This document shows positions 9,553-19,488 of a DNA stretch of 64,000 bases, one piece after another; positions within the stretch are counted from its first letter, which is position 1; every line of letters begins with the position of its first letter. Origin of the DNA: a virus (taxonomy: Duplodnaviria > Caudoviricetes). Made by a program: the position numbers and the translations under genes. The DNA lies in the IMG/VR virus record IMGVR_UViG_3300013121_000047, positions 1-64,000 of that record, one strand, 5' to 3'. A model generated the notes under the pieces. The model saw only the letters and a program-made list of their open reading frames with translations. It did not search any database and was not told the DNA's origin.

Positions 9553-12500
9553 ATGGTTAAAAAATTAGATAGGGTCTATTATTATAAAGCTGTTGAAAAG
9601 CTTGCACCTTATTTTGGTGTACTAAGCGCAAAAGATCTTTCTTCTGCAGTAGCTTTAGAGCAATTACAGGGTTTATCTAACACTATTAGAAATATTGACA
9701 ATCCAATACAACCTTCACAAGCAGAAGCAAAGATTGTTGACCTTGTTATCAACACAAGAGAAGGAGCTTTGCCTGTTATAGATGAAATAAGAAATCGAAC
9801 TGCTACAGGTGCGCGGGGACAAATTACAGAAGGAGTGTTTAGAACACCGCCAACAGAATATCCAGAGTCATCTAGAAATGATCTTTTTACAGCCCTTGAT
9901 TATTATACAAGAGGCGCGAATACAGTAGATCAAACTGATCTCCAAGCAAAAATTGCAAATTTTATAACTTTACATCACAGCTCAAAATTAAATGAAAATC
10001 AATTTTCGATTGCTGATATTGGAGAAATGTTAAATAAACAAGATGATGACAACATAGTAAAAAAACTATCGGCAATAGAAATTTTTTCTCCAAACATTTC
10101 TCCTTCTGCAAAAGATACAGAAGGATTATCTATTTTATTTAATGGAGTTCCAAATTTAGAACTAAGTAGACTAATACCTTATTTAGATATTCAATTTATG
10201 TTTGGAAAACCAACAGCTGACTATGATGGCAATTTATCTGCTCCTTCTATTTTTAAATTTTTAGAAGGAGCAATTAAGGTAAGAGACAACTCAACGTTGT
10301 CATTATTAACAAAGGCAAACCAAATTGAGGGACGAATTGAAGGAGCACGAAACGATACTGGTAATCTTGCTATCTCTGGTATGGAATTATTTACCTCGCC
10401 GCAAACTATGGTAAATGCTGATACTCCAAATCCAAGATATAATCGATTAAATAATTCTACTGGCGAATATGATCTAAGATCAACTTCTGTAATTGATAAA
10501 TTTCGTCCATTTTTGAGTTTTAAACAACTGACTATTGATGTTGCTCCGTCTGTTGGTTTATTTTCGTTTAAAACAGCTAAAATGGAATTTATTTTGCACG
10601 ATAGAAGTAGATTACACGAAATAGCTGATTTAGTAAAACCAGATTTATATGGAACTACGGAGTTAATGGTCGAATATGGATGGGCACATCCAGATGGAGT
10701 CGAAATAGATAATTCGTATGCAGACTTATTTAATTCAACTAGAATAAAAGAAAAATATGGAATAAAAAATGTTCAATTTACTTTTGACGAAGTTGGCCAA
10801 GTTAACATAACGCTTGAATTGTTTACTAAAGGCGGGACTGATATTTATACTGCAAATATTGCAACAGCCTCAGAAGCTACACGCCAATCAATTGTAAGAA
10901 TTCAAGAGCTTAGCGATATAATATCTAGATTTAGACAGGCTCTTCCAAATCAATCAGGAACAAATAATTCAACCAGAGAAATACGTGGCATTCAAGCATT
11001 AGATACTGCCTCAGATATTCAGTCCAATATTAGACTAACCCCAGAAATAATTGGACAAATCAGAGAACTTAAACAAAGTTTAGGACCAATTTCAACAAGA
11101 AATCGAGATGTTTCTACTCTTTTGAATTCACTAACTTCGTTGTTTCAATCGATTAACCAAAATCGAAATTCAAGAGGGACACCTCAATCTCAAACTTCAG
11201 CTATTGAACAACTTTCAAATTCAATTCAATCTGATATACGACAACAGTTTACAATTCTAAAAGAAGGATTTGATCCATTTTATCCTACAGGGTTTGAATT
11301 ACCAGATAGAAGAATACAGGGTGCGCCAATTAGAAGACCTTCTGAAACATTTAGAAGAGTTTTAAGAAATGGACAGGGAGCAACCCAACAACAAAGAAGT
11401 CTTCCTGGACAAAATATTTCTGGTAATATTCTAAACGAATTTAATAATGAACAACTTTCACTTGGAAAGTTACTTATGACTTTTATTGGTCAACCCCTTG
11501 CTGCAACAGGAAAATATGATGAAATACAGTTTATATTTTACCCATTTAACAATTATGCAGGATATGCTAGATTTTTGCATACTGGTCAGTTTATGATTGA
11601 CTTAAGATTTATGATTGAACAATATTTTAAATTTAGAATGGAATCAATTTCTCGTGCCGCAAACGTTAACTTAAATGACTTTATGCAATTCATTCAATCT
11701 GTAATAATAGATGACCCAGCCGCTGCTGTATATGGCATTGATGATTTTTACGAAAAAACAATTGATAGAAACACTAATCAATCGCAAACAACTGCTCGTT
11801 TTGATGCGGTTAGATTGCAAACAGAAATCAGTGAACGCCTAAGAAACATCACCCCAGATGGTACATTTAAACAACCAACAATTGAATTATATATTGAGTC
11901 AGTTCCAAGAAAAAATTTTAACGCATCTTCCGCAGTGGAATCTTTAGATAATTCTAAAACGATTTTAAGAATCCAGGTATATGACAAACAAGCTTCTCAA
12001 TATGAAGGGCTTGGAAATATATTAGAAATAGCAAGGGACAATACTTTGTCAGCCTTTTCTACTATTTCAACAAATACAACAAACCAAAATTCAAGAATCG
12101 GACAAGCTCAAAAACAACAAGTCGAACAAATTATTAATAGCGCAGTAAGAAATGGACTAATTGAACGAATCGACCCATCGCGAAGAGAGTTGAATCCAGA
12201 TGGAAGATATAGCTACTATAAATTTGTTGGTAGTCAAGGAAAATTAAAAGAATTTATTATGAAAACAATGCCATATATAATATATGGCTGTGCTGGGACC
12301 ACGATTCAAACTGCCACACTAACATCACAAAATGATCCAGCGTTATCTTCCGTTAACATGATTCGTAGTGCGAATGCCAACCCTCAAAGAGCAAATGGAG
12401 AGCAACCAGGAGGTTTACCTATTCAAATTATTCCTGCGGAATTAAATGTTTCTTGTTTTGGGAATACTCTTGTAAATTTTGCACAAAGAATTTTCATTGA

Positions 12501-12702
12501 TTTTCAAACTGGAACCACAGTTGATAACATTTATGTTGTAAACGGAGTTAGCCATACAATAACACAGGGCGAATTTAAAACGGATATTAAATTTGTGTTT
12601 TATGATGGGTATGGCAAATATCGTTCTTTTATTGATCAAGTTAATGCATTTGCGGTTCAACTTGACAATATTTCAAGGACAAATTCAAATCGCCGTGTCT
12701 AA
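9553..12702 (+). CDS. Baseplate hub-like protein (gp27/GpD type)
   Basis: VEYGW motif, C-terminal IYVVNGVSHTITQGEFKTDIKF; synteny. Confidence 0.6.
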   Translation: MVKKLDRVYYYKAVEKLAPYFGVLSAKDLSSAVALEQLQGLSNTIRNIDNPIQPSQAEAKIVDLVINTREGALPVIDEIRNRTATGARGQITEGVFRTPPTEYPESSRNDLFTALDYYTRGANTVDQTDLQAKIANFITLHHSSKLNENQFSIADIGEMLNKQDDDNIVKKLSAIEIFSPNISPSAKDTEGLSILFNGVPNLELSRLIPYLDIQFMFGKPTADYDGNLSAPSIFKFLEGAIKVRDNSTLSLLTKANQIEGRIEGARNDTGNLAISGMELFTSPQTMVNADTPNPRYNRLNNSTGEYDLRSTSVIDKFRPFLSFKQLTIDVAPSVGLFSFKTAKMEFILHDRSRLHEIADLVKPDLYGTTELMVEYGWAHPDGVEIDNSYADLFNSTRIKEKYGIKNVQFTFDEVGQVNITLELFTKGGTDIYTANIATASEATRQSIVRIQELSDIISRFRQALPNQSGTNNSTREIRGIQALDTASDIQSNIRLTPEIIGQIRELKQSLGPISTRNRDVSTLLNSLTSLFQSINQNRNSRGTPQSQTSAIEQLSNSIQSDIRQQFTILKEGFDPFYPTGFELPDRRIQGAPIRRPSETFRRVLRNGQGATQQQRSLPGQNISGNILNEFNNEQLSLGKLLMTFIGQPLAATGKYDEIQFIFYPFNNYAGYARFLHTGQFMIDLRFMIEQYFKFRMESISRAANVNLNDFMQFIQSVIIDDPAAAVYGIDDFYEKTIDRNTNQSQTTARFDAVRLQTEISERLRNITPDGTFKQPTIELYIESVPRKNFNASSAVESLDNSKTILRIQVYDKQASQYEGLGNILEIARDNTLSAFSTISTNTTNQNSRIGQAQKQQVEQIINSAVRNGLIERIDPSRRELNPDGRYSYYKFVGSQGKLKEFIMKTMPYIIYGCAGTTIQTATLTSQNDPALSSVNMIRSANANPQRANGEQPGGLPIQIIPAELNVSCFGNTLVNFAQRIFIDFQTGTTVDNIYVVNGVSHTITQGEFKTDIKFVFYDGYGKYRSFIDQVNAFAVQLDNISRTNSNRRV

Positions 12703-12714
12703 TGCGATTATGGC

Positions 12715-12743
12715 TTGACAGACTCTCGTGCGATGGTTACTAG
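12715..12743 (+). promoter_or_regulatory. sigma70-like promoter for dnaJ
   Basis: TTGACA-17nt-TACTAG; GGAG RBS before GTG at 12765. Confidence 0.45.
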
Positions 12744-12764
12744 TGATAAGATTGGAGAAAAATC

Positions 12765-13760
12765 GTGGAAAAAAATCCGTATGAAGTTTTGGGAGTCGAA
12801 AAGGGTTGCGATGAAGATGCTTTAAAAAAAGCATACAAACAAAAATGTTTTGAATTTCATCCTGATAAATTCGCCACCGAAAGCCCAGAAAAGCAAAAAG
12901 AAGCAGAAGAAAACTTTAAGGAAGTTCAAAAAGCTTACAATTCAATAAAAGATGGTTCTTATGAAGCTTCTCAAAATCAACAAGGCGGTTTTGGATTCGG
13001 AGATATTTTTGCAGATATTTTTTCGCGATTTTCAGGAAATCGTTCTAATAAAATTACAAATATTCCAATAGAGATTCCGAATCCAATTCAACTGTCTTTT
13101 GTTGAAGCTGTTGCTGGGTGTATTAAACACATTGATTTTGACTTCACATTAGGTTGTACAACTTGCAGAAATCAAGGTGTTATTCCGACTGCAAATTCAT
13201 GCAAAAATTGCAACGGAAAAGGTACAGTAACTATCGACAAAAAAACACAATTTTCATTGTTTAAACAAACAACGACTTGTGATGCGTGTGGTGGTTCTGG
13301 AAAAGAATTAACTGAGTGCTCTGAATGTAGCGGCACTGGTTCAATCTCTTCTTCTCTGAAAGAAGAACTTAAATTTGAACCGTGCAACCCAGTAAGTAAA
13401 AAAATAAACAGAAAAATTCAAGGTATCGAATATACCTTTTTACTAAAAGTGCAAACAGCGCTACCAGAAAATTTAAAAATTGAGATTTTTAACAACGAAA
13501 GAATTTTAGCCACTAACTACGAGGTTTGTCTTACAGATTACTTGCTTGGGGGAGAATTTGAACTAGATATTAACGACGGCTGCGGAAAATTTAAGTTTAA
13601 AACAAAACTTGGTAGTCAATATATCATTGTGGAAAACAAAGGAATTCCACATAAAGGTGAGCGACTTCCATTAAAAATTAACATTGCGTTAAAACTCCCA
13701 GAAAATTTTTCTGAAGAACAAAAAGAAATTTTAAACAATTTGAAAAAAACTGGCATATAA
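12765..13760 (+). CDS. dnaJ: DnaJ-like co-chaperone
   Basis: J domain with HPD, G/F-rich linker, four CxxCxGxG-type repeats. Confidence 0.9.
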   Translation: MEKNPYEVLGVEKGCDEDALKKAYKQKCFEFHPDKFATESPEKQKEAEENFKEVQKAYNSIKDGSYEASQNQQGGFGFGDIFADIFSRFSGNRSNKITNIPIEIPNPIQLSFVEAVAGCIKHIDFDFTLGCTTCRNQGVIPTANSCKNCNGKGTVTIDKKTQFSLFKQTTTCDACGGSGKELTECSECSGTGSISSSLKEELKFEPCNPVSKKINRKIQGIEYTFLLKVQTALPENLKIEIFNNERILATNYEVCLTDYLLGGEFELDINDGCGKFKFKTKLGSQYIIVENKGIPHKGERLPLKINIALKLPENFSEEQKEILNNLKKTGI

Positions 13761-13770
13761 TAACTCTATT

Positions 13771-14010
13771 ATGGAAACAGAAAAAAAATCATTAAAACTT
13801 TCTGACCAATTAATTGGTCAACTTGCTAGTTTAATTACCGTGGCAATGGTAACACAAACAAATATTGTTGATCATTTTAGAATGATTAGAGTCGAAGAAA
13901 GCGACCAAAAAGGAATGGAAGGAAAACTTGTTCTGACAAAAGAATATGTTGATGTATATAACAAACAAGTTCAAGAATTAACCGAACTAGTCGAAAAACA
14001 ATCTCCTTAA
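13771..14010 (+). CDS. Small hypothetical protein
   Basis: ORF with TATAAT 9 nt upstream of ATG. Confidence 0.55.
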   Translation: METEKKSLKLSDQLIGQLASLITVAMVTQTNIVDHFRMIRVEESDQKGMEGKLVLTKEYVDVYNKQVQELTELVEKQSP

Positions 14011-14012
14011 TT

Positions 14013-14744
14013 TTAAGGAACTATTATATAGTCTATATTAAAATTCATTTTTTTGATAAAATTTTGACTTAAACAAAAAATATTAAAAGAGCTAAGAGAC
14101 CGATAACTAATATTGTATTTTTTGTTTTGTTCTATGTTTATAACAATATATTCTTGTTTTCTTGTTTTCAGTGTTTCTCCTGGTTTAACTGCTTCAAGAT
14201 TTAAAATATAATCCAAACAAACCAATTCCTTAATAGAATATATTAACTCGAAGGATTCAAGTGAATGATAAATCCATTCATTGAGTCCTTTTTTTTTAGC
14301 TAAATCAACATTTTTATATAATTTCACAATTGCAAATGAAATATTAAAATTTGAACTCCTTTTTGATTTATGAATCATGGCAGACTCTTCTTTTTTTGTT
14401 TTACAAATATGATATTCTCTGTTATGATAATAAATAAATCCTGTAATTTCTGCTGTGTATCCATGCAGTATATTAAGATCATTAATAGAATCCTCTAAAC
14501 TTAATTCTTTAAACTGTTTTAAAAAATCTTTTTTTGAATTCTTTAAATATTGTTTATATGAATGGTTTAAATCTACAGGTGCTTGAAACAAACATTGCAT
14601 TTTGATAGAATTTGTAAACCAAGATGTGAAATTTTCGTTTAATTTTACATTCATTGGGAATATAAAGCCTCTATAAAGTCTTAATGGTCTAACAAGTTTT
14701 CCAATTGGTTCATCTTTTATTTTTTTTATCTTTATATTTCCCAC
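14013..14744 (-). CDS. Hypothetical protein
   Basis: 243-aa ORF; TAGTTA 8 nt upstream of GTG. Confidence 0.5.
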   Translation of the reverse strand: MGNIKIKKIKDEPIGKLVRPLRLYRGFIFPMNVKLNENFTSWFTNSIKMQCLFQAPVDLNHSYKQYLKNSKKDFLKQFKELSLEDSINDLNILHGYTAEITGFIYYHNREYHICKTKKEESAMIHKSKRSSNFNISFAIVKLYKNVDLAKKKGLNEWIYHSLESFELIYSIKELVCLDYILNLEAVKPGETLKTRKQEYIVINIEQNKKYNISYRSLSSFNIFCLSQNFIKKMNFNIDYIIVP

Positions 14745-14764
14745 AACAAAAATAACTATCTGTT

Positions 14765-14793
14765 TTTACATTCGGCAAATATTTGTTTATTAT
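14765..14793 (+). promoter_or_regulatory. sigma70-like promoter, leaderless transcript
   Basis: TTTACA-17nt-TATTAT, ATG 6 nt after the -10 box. Confidence 0.55.
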
Positions 14794-14799
14794 TTTATT

Positions 14800-15288
14800 A
14801 TGTTTAAAAAAATAAAAGATAAATTATCTGAAAAAATAGACGGCGATTTGAAGACAACCGTTTCTGATGATTTTTATACTAGTGAGTGTGCATATCTGGA
14901 AACAAAATATTTGACTATGCCACTTAAATATTTAAATACTAAATTTGAAAACGAAACATTAAAAAGTGTTGAAAAATATTTGAAAAAGAATTTGGATAAT
15001 TTTTTTTACAAAAATAAAAAATATTTTGGCAAACCAGTATTAGTCGGCAGTAATATTATCGAATTTACTTTGTTTGATTTGAAAGATAAAAAACATCTGT
15101 TAAAACTCCCAGAAAAAAATATTGTTGTTAAACAAGTTGCAGCCGATGAGTTAAATGAAAAAAAACCTTTTGACCCTGAATTAGATACAGTTAAAAAATT
15201 TATTTATCCAATTAAAAATATGGAAACTCCTAAGAAAACAAAAAAGAAAAAAATCACTAAAAAGTCTTTGGTTAAAACACTAGTATAA
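14800..15288 (+). CDS. Lys-rich hypothetical protein
   Basis: ORF with promoter directly upstream. Confidence 0.5.
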   Translation: MFKKIKDKLSEKIDGDLKTTVSDDFYTSECAYLETKYLTMPLKYLNTKFENETLKSVEKYLKKNLDNFFYKNKKYFGKPVLVGSNIIEFTLFDLKDKKHLLKLPEKNIVVKQVAADELNEKKPFDPELDTVKKFIYPIKNMETPKKTKKKKITKKSLVKTLV

Positions 15289-15302
15289 TTATACATGTTA
15301 AA

Positions 15303-16610
15303 ATGACCTCAATAGGAAGCGGCTTCAATCAAACAATAAATCCAACACCTTATGGATTATATGACAGTTCTCCACTTTTTCAGTCAGATGCTGATAATCT
15401 CGTAAGATTTGTTCTGACCAGATTTGGAGAACAAGTTCTAAGTGTAGAGCTTACAAAAAAAATAATTTGGACTGCTTTTGAAGAGGCTACTTGGCAACTG
15501 AATTCTCTTCTTACGGAGTACCAAACAAAAAGTAATCTTGCTGCGTTGCTCGGATCGCCTACGGCAAGTTACATATCAGGATCAAATGGCTTATTTTCAT
15601 TAAACCTATCAAACACATATGTACAACAAAACTTAGGTTATTTAGACTCTTTATCTGGTCCATATACGGGTTATATTGGAATTGGTGGGTGGGCTGAATC
15701 ATATTCTGGATCAATTATCTTAACTGCTAGTCGCCAGGATTATGATCTTTATACTGAATTAAAAGATGAGGCGGGAAATCCTTTATTTGGATACCAAACG
15801 TCGGGCTCAAATGTTAGATTTACAATCTATGAAGTCTTCCACCATGAACCAGTTGAATATATTTTTAACTCAAACTATGGTTCAACTATTGCTTATGGTT
15901 CTGATTTTACATCTGAGGCGGGTGTTGCTGTACCAGATACGAAATATTTCGTTTTACCACTCTACGAGGATGTTTTAAGAGCAGGTTTATATGAAGACGC
16001 TAGACGTATTAGAAGATCACATTATTCTTATGAACAATTTGGAAGAAATCTAAGACTCTATCCTGTCCCTGGTATTGGCGATTTTATGGCTTCAGGTTCC
16101 GTTCGTAGAGTTTGGGTAAGAGTTGGATTTAAGCAGCCCGCATATGATCCAAGAATAGATTCTACATTTATTCAATCCAGCTCTTCTCTTGGATCAGGAT
16201 TACATCCAGGAAGCGGCCCTGGTGGAACTTTTTATTTTCCATCTAATCTATATGGAGTATCCAATCCAGCAAATACTCCATTTGGAGTTGTTAACTATGA
16301 TAGCCTTAACATGTGGTGCCGTAATTGGATACGAGAATATTCCCTTTATTTGTGTGCACAATCTCTTGGTTGGATTCGCTCTAAAACAAACGTAATCCCA
16401 ATTCCAGGTGCGGAATTAACTCTTAATGGAGAAAGTCTTTTGAGTTATGCAAAAGACGGACTAGATAAGTTAACAACTTCTGCAAGGGAATATCTTGATG
16501 CTTTAAGCTATGATAAACTTATGGAAAAAGAAGCAAACAAAATCGAACAAACAAATAAGATATTGTCGCTAATTCCTCTCCCGCCCACAGTTGTTATTAG
16601 AGTTTGTTAA
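15303..16610 (+). CDS. Neck/head-tail adaptor protein (gp13-like)
   Basis: RFGEQVLSVELT N-terminus, WIREYS...LGWIRSK...IPIPG.ELTLNGE C-terminus. Confidence 0.75.
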   Translation: MTSIGSGFNQTINPTPYGLYDSSPLFQSDADNLVRFVLTRFGEQVLSVELTKKIIWTAFEEATWQLNSLLTEYQTKSNLAALLGSPTASYISGSNGLFSLNLSNTYVQQNLGYLDSLSGPYTGYIGIGGWAESYSGSIILTASRQDYDLYTELKDEAGNPLFGYQTSGSNVRFTIYEVFHHEPVEYIFNSNYGSTIAYGSDFTSEAGVAVPDTKYFVLPLYEDVLRAGLYEDARRIRRSHYSYEQFGRNLRLYPVPGIGDFMASGSVRRVWVRVGFKQPAYDPRIDSTFIQSSSSLGSGLHPGSGPGGTFYFPSNLYGVSNPANTPFGVVNYDSLNMWCRNWIREYSLYLCAQSLGWIRSKTNVIPIPGAELTLNGESLLSYAKDGLDKLTTSAREYLDALSYDKLMEKEANKIEQTNKILSLIPLPPTVVIRVC

Positions 16611-16698
16611 TAATGCAATTTATATAAAATTTTATATTACTAGTTGCAGAAATTACTTAGAATGAAAAATTTAATTTTATAAACTTATATTTAAAACA

Positions 16699-17340
16699 GT
16701 GGAAACAATAAAAATCAGAACCTATCAAGATCTTCCTAGAAAATTCACAGGAATTGCTGAATGGCATAATGGAACCAAATATTGGTTTAAAGAAGGAAAA
16801 CTTCACCGAGAAGATGGGCCAGCAAAAGAATTCGCTAATGGAACAAAAGAATGGTGGCTTAACGGACGTATTCATCGAGAAGATGGTCCTGCGGCGGAAT
16901 TTCCAGACGGGTCAAAAGAATTTTGGATTAAAGGGGAAATTTTTAATGTTTTTAATGATGACAGTGAATTTTTCTTGAAATTAACTGAGTTATTCCAGAT
17001 TTTAGATGAGGTTGCGCAAACAAATCCAATATTTGATTTTTCTTATAACAAAAAAATAGAAAACGAAATTTTAATCTTTTCAGGCTTTTGTTTTGTTAGT
17101 TCTTTTCAAGATGGTTTTAAAATCACTGGTCAATCAACAGGAGAAATTATGGTGGATTACGAACCTATTTTTAGAATTTTCACAGAAGAAAATCTTTATA
17201 AACTTGCAAAAGAAATGCTTGAAATTGGAATTGAACATCTTGAAGAAAAAAATAATCTAAAGTATAGCGAAGAAGAAAAGATAAATAACCCATTACTAAG
17301 AGAAACACTTAGTTTAAAATCTTTCCTTTTCAATAGTTAG
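16699..17340 (+). CDS. HRxDGPA-repeat family protein with unrelated C-terminal domain
   Basis: METIKIRTYQDLPRKFTG plus two HREDGPA repeats; lies between neck genes. Confidence 0.8.
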   Translation: METIKIRTYQDLPRKFTGIAEWHNGTKYWFKEGKLHREDGPAKEFANGTKEWWLNGRIHREDGPAAEFPDGSKEFWIKGEIFNVFNDDSEFFLKLTELFQILDEVAQTNPIFDFSYNKKIENEILIFSGFCFVSSFQDGFKITGQSTGEIMVDYEPIFRIFTEENLYKLAKEMLEIGIEHLEEKNNLKYSEEEKINNPLLRETLSLKSFLFNS

Positions 17341-17346
17341 TCATAA

Positions 17347-18063
17347 ATGGCTCGGTTGTTTATAACAGAAAAAGAGATGCAATATCACGCGGATATTACT
17401 CAGGAAGTAATAAAAGATGTTATTGGTCAAAAAGTTTACTATTATTCAATATCAACAACAAAATCAATAATCAATGAAACTTATGATGAAGCAATTGAAA
17501 AGGTTTTTGATGGGCCAATAATTGTTGATGCGCTGTGTGGACAACCAGAATGGGAAAATATAGCAGATGCACATGGTTCTTATTTACGCGGAAAAATGGA
17601 AGTACTATTTCAAGCCAAAGATCTCTTATTAAAAAAGATCAAAATTTCTGAAGGCGACTTTATAACATATGGAAATCATGCGTATGAAATTGTTTCTTAT
17701 TTTCCAATGAATAATATGTGGGGACAGGAAGAATTCGATAGATCATTTAAAGCAGTTTGTATAACAGCAAGACCAGGAAAATTTGATCCCTCTTCCTTTA
17801 ATACACCATCTTCGGAAGGAATGCAAGGTGGGATTCAAAAAGAATTTGTCCAGCAACGGGGCTTAGAACAAACTAAAGAAGGTTTGACTAACGATATAAG
17901 AGAAATGAGAGAAAGACTTGGGGATGATATGGCTCCTAAAACATTGGAAGATGGACCAAGAGTTATCGGAACAAATGATCCAAACCCAGAAAACAGTAGA
18001 GACGAAGGTATTGTTAATTCATTTTTAAATGATGATAATGTTGACGACGATTTCTATGATTGA
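17347..18063 (+). CDS. Neck/head-closure protein (gp14-like)
   Basis: GQKVYYY...YDEA..KVF...EGDFI pattern; synteny. Confidence 0.65.
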   Translation: MARLFITEKEMQYHADITQEVIKDVIGQKVYYYSISTTKSIINETYDEAIEKVFDGPIIVDALCGQPEWENIADAHGSYLRGKMEVLFQAKDLLLKKIKISEGDFITYGNHAYEIVSYFPMNNMWGQEEFDRSFKAVCITARPGKFDPSSFNTPSSEGMQGGIQKEFVQQRGLEQTKEGLTNDIREMRERLGDDMAPKTLEDGPRVIGTNDPNPENSRDEGIVNSFLNDDNVDDDFYD

Positions 18064-18077
18064 TTAATTATAGATAA

Positions 18078-19391
18078 ATGACAACTGGAAAACCTAATCG
18101 ATTTGGCAATCAAGATGGTGAATTTTACAATTACTCACCAGAAATTCCTGTTCCTGAGAGGTATATTGATGGAACCAATGGTAATATTACAAGACAAAAT
18201 ATTAAGTCTCCATCAGAAACGACCCCTGGATTAGAGCAAATTCCGTTTGGGGGTCTTCAAGGACAAGATCCGTCTTATGAAACGGTTTATGCTCCTGCTT
18301 GCACATTACTCGATGTGGATCAAAGTGTGAAAAAGCTATTTAATGATAGTATCAAATTTCCAACCAAATATTTAAAAGGTGTAAATAAAATCACTTCATT
18401 GAATAAACCAATGGTAAAACTTGCTGGCGGCGATCGTTTTGCATTAGCTAAAAAAGTAACGCCATTAAAAGGACAAGATGGAACGTTGATACTACCTTCT
18501 ATTTCAATTAGAAGAACAAGTATTAACCATTCCTTAACAACACAAAATTCCAGAAGTATCAATAGCGCAACTGGCGAAGTTGTCGTAAAAGTTAGCTTGG
18601 ATCAAGAAAAAGACCCATTTTATCAGAATTTAATAAATAAAATAGGTTTAAAATCTAAACCAACTTCTTTTCCAACTTCTCAAAGAAAACAAAGAAAAAG
18701 TAAGGACAATTTAAGTATCAAACAAGGAAGTCTATTAGACCCAAAAACGAACAATAATGTTTTTGAATATCTTGTAATGCCAGCCCCAGTCTTTGTTGAT
18801 TTAACATATGAAATAGTATTATGGACAGAAGATATTAATTCGATGAATATTTTACTTCAGTCTATAATGGCTGCTAAATTACCACTAGATAATGGGTTTG
18901 TTTTAACCACAGATGCTGGGTATTGGTTTTGTTCGTATCTTGGTGATGATATCTCAATGGAAGATAATTTTGATGACTACTCGGAGAATGAAAAAATTGT
19001 TAAAACCAAACTAACCTTAACCGTTAAAGCGTTTCTTTTGTCATCAAATGATGAAACTAATATGTATCCAATTAAAAAATATACAACTGCTGTGTCGTTT
19101 GATTTTGAAATAAAAAACTCTCCAATAAAAACTTTTTTAAAAAAAGATATTAATACAATAGGAATAAAACAAACTCAAGATAAATTTATTTTATCTGATC
19201 TAAATGAACTAAATGATCAAAAAGATAAAACCTTAGAAGAGAATTTATATTTTGAAAAAACTGTTAGGAATGGATTAACTAATAAAAATGAATTAATTTT
19301 TGCGGAAGTATTAACAAATAAAGAAAGTAAAGAAAAAGTTTATTCTGCAACTAATATTGACGAACTAATAAATTTTATTTCTGATGAATGA
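18078..19391 (+). CDS. Tail terminator/sheath stabiliser (gp15-like)
   Basis: LILPSISIRRTSI, PVFVDLTYEIVLW motifs; precedes sheath. Confidence 0.6.
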   Translation: MTTGKPNRFGNQDGEFYNYSPEIPVPERYIDGTNGNITRQNIKSPSETTPGLEQIPFGGLQGQDPSYETVYAPACTLLDVDQSVKKLFNDSIKFPTKYLKGVNKITSLNKPMVKLAGGDRFALAKKVTPLKGQDGTLILPSISIRRTSINHSLTTQNSRSINSATGEVVVKVSLDQEKDPFYQNLINKIGLKSKPTSFPTSQRKQRKSKDNLSIKQGSLLDPKTNNNVFEYLVMPAPVFVDLTYEIVLWTEDINSMNILLQSIMAAKLPLDNGFVLTTDAGYWFCSYLGDDISMEDNFDDYSENEKIVKTKLTLTVKAFLLSSNDETNMYPIKKYTTAVSFDFEIKNSPIKTFLKKDINTIGIKQTQDKFILSDLNELNDQKDKTLEENLYFEKTVRNGLTNKNELIFAEVLTNKESKEKVYSATNIDELINFISDE

Positions 19392-19488
19392 AACGGTCTC
19401 AATTTCACCAAAAATATAGTTTCTTGAAAATCTCGAAATAATTATGTTAGAATTAAAAATTCATTGAAAGGTTTTCAAGGATTAAATT

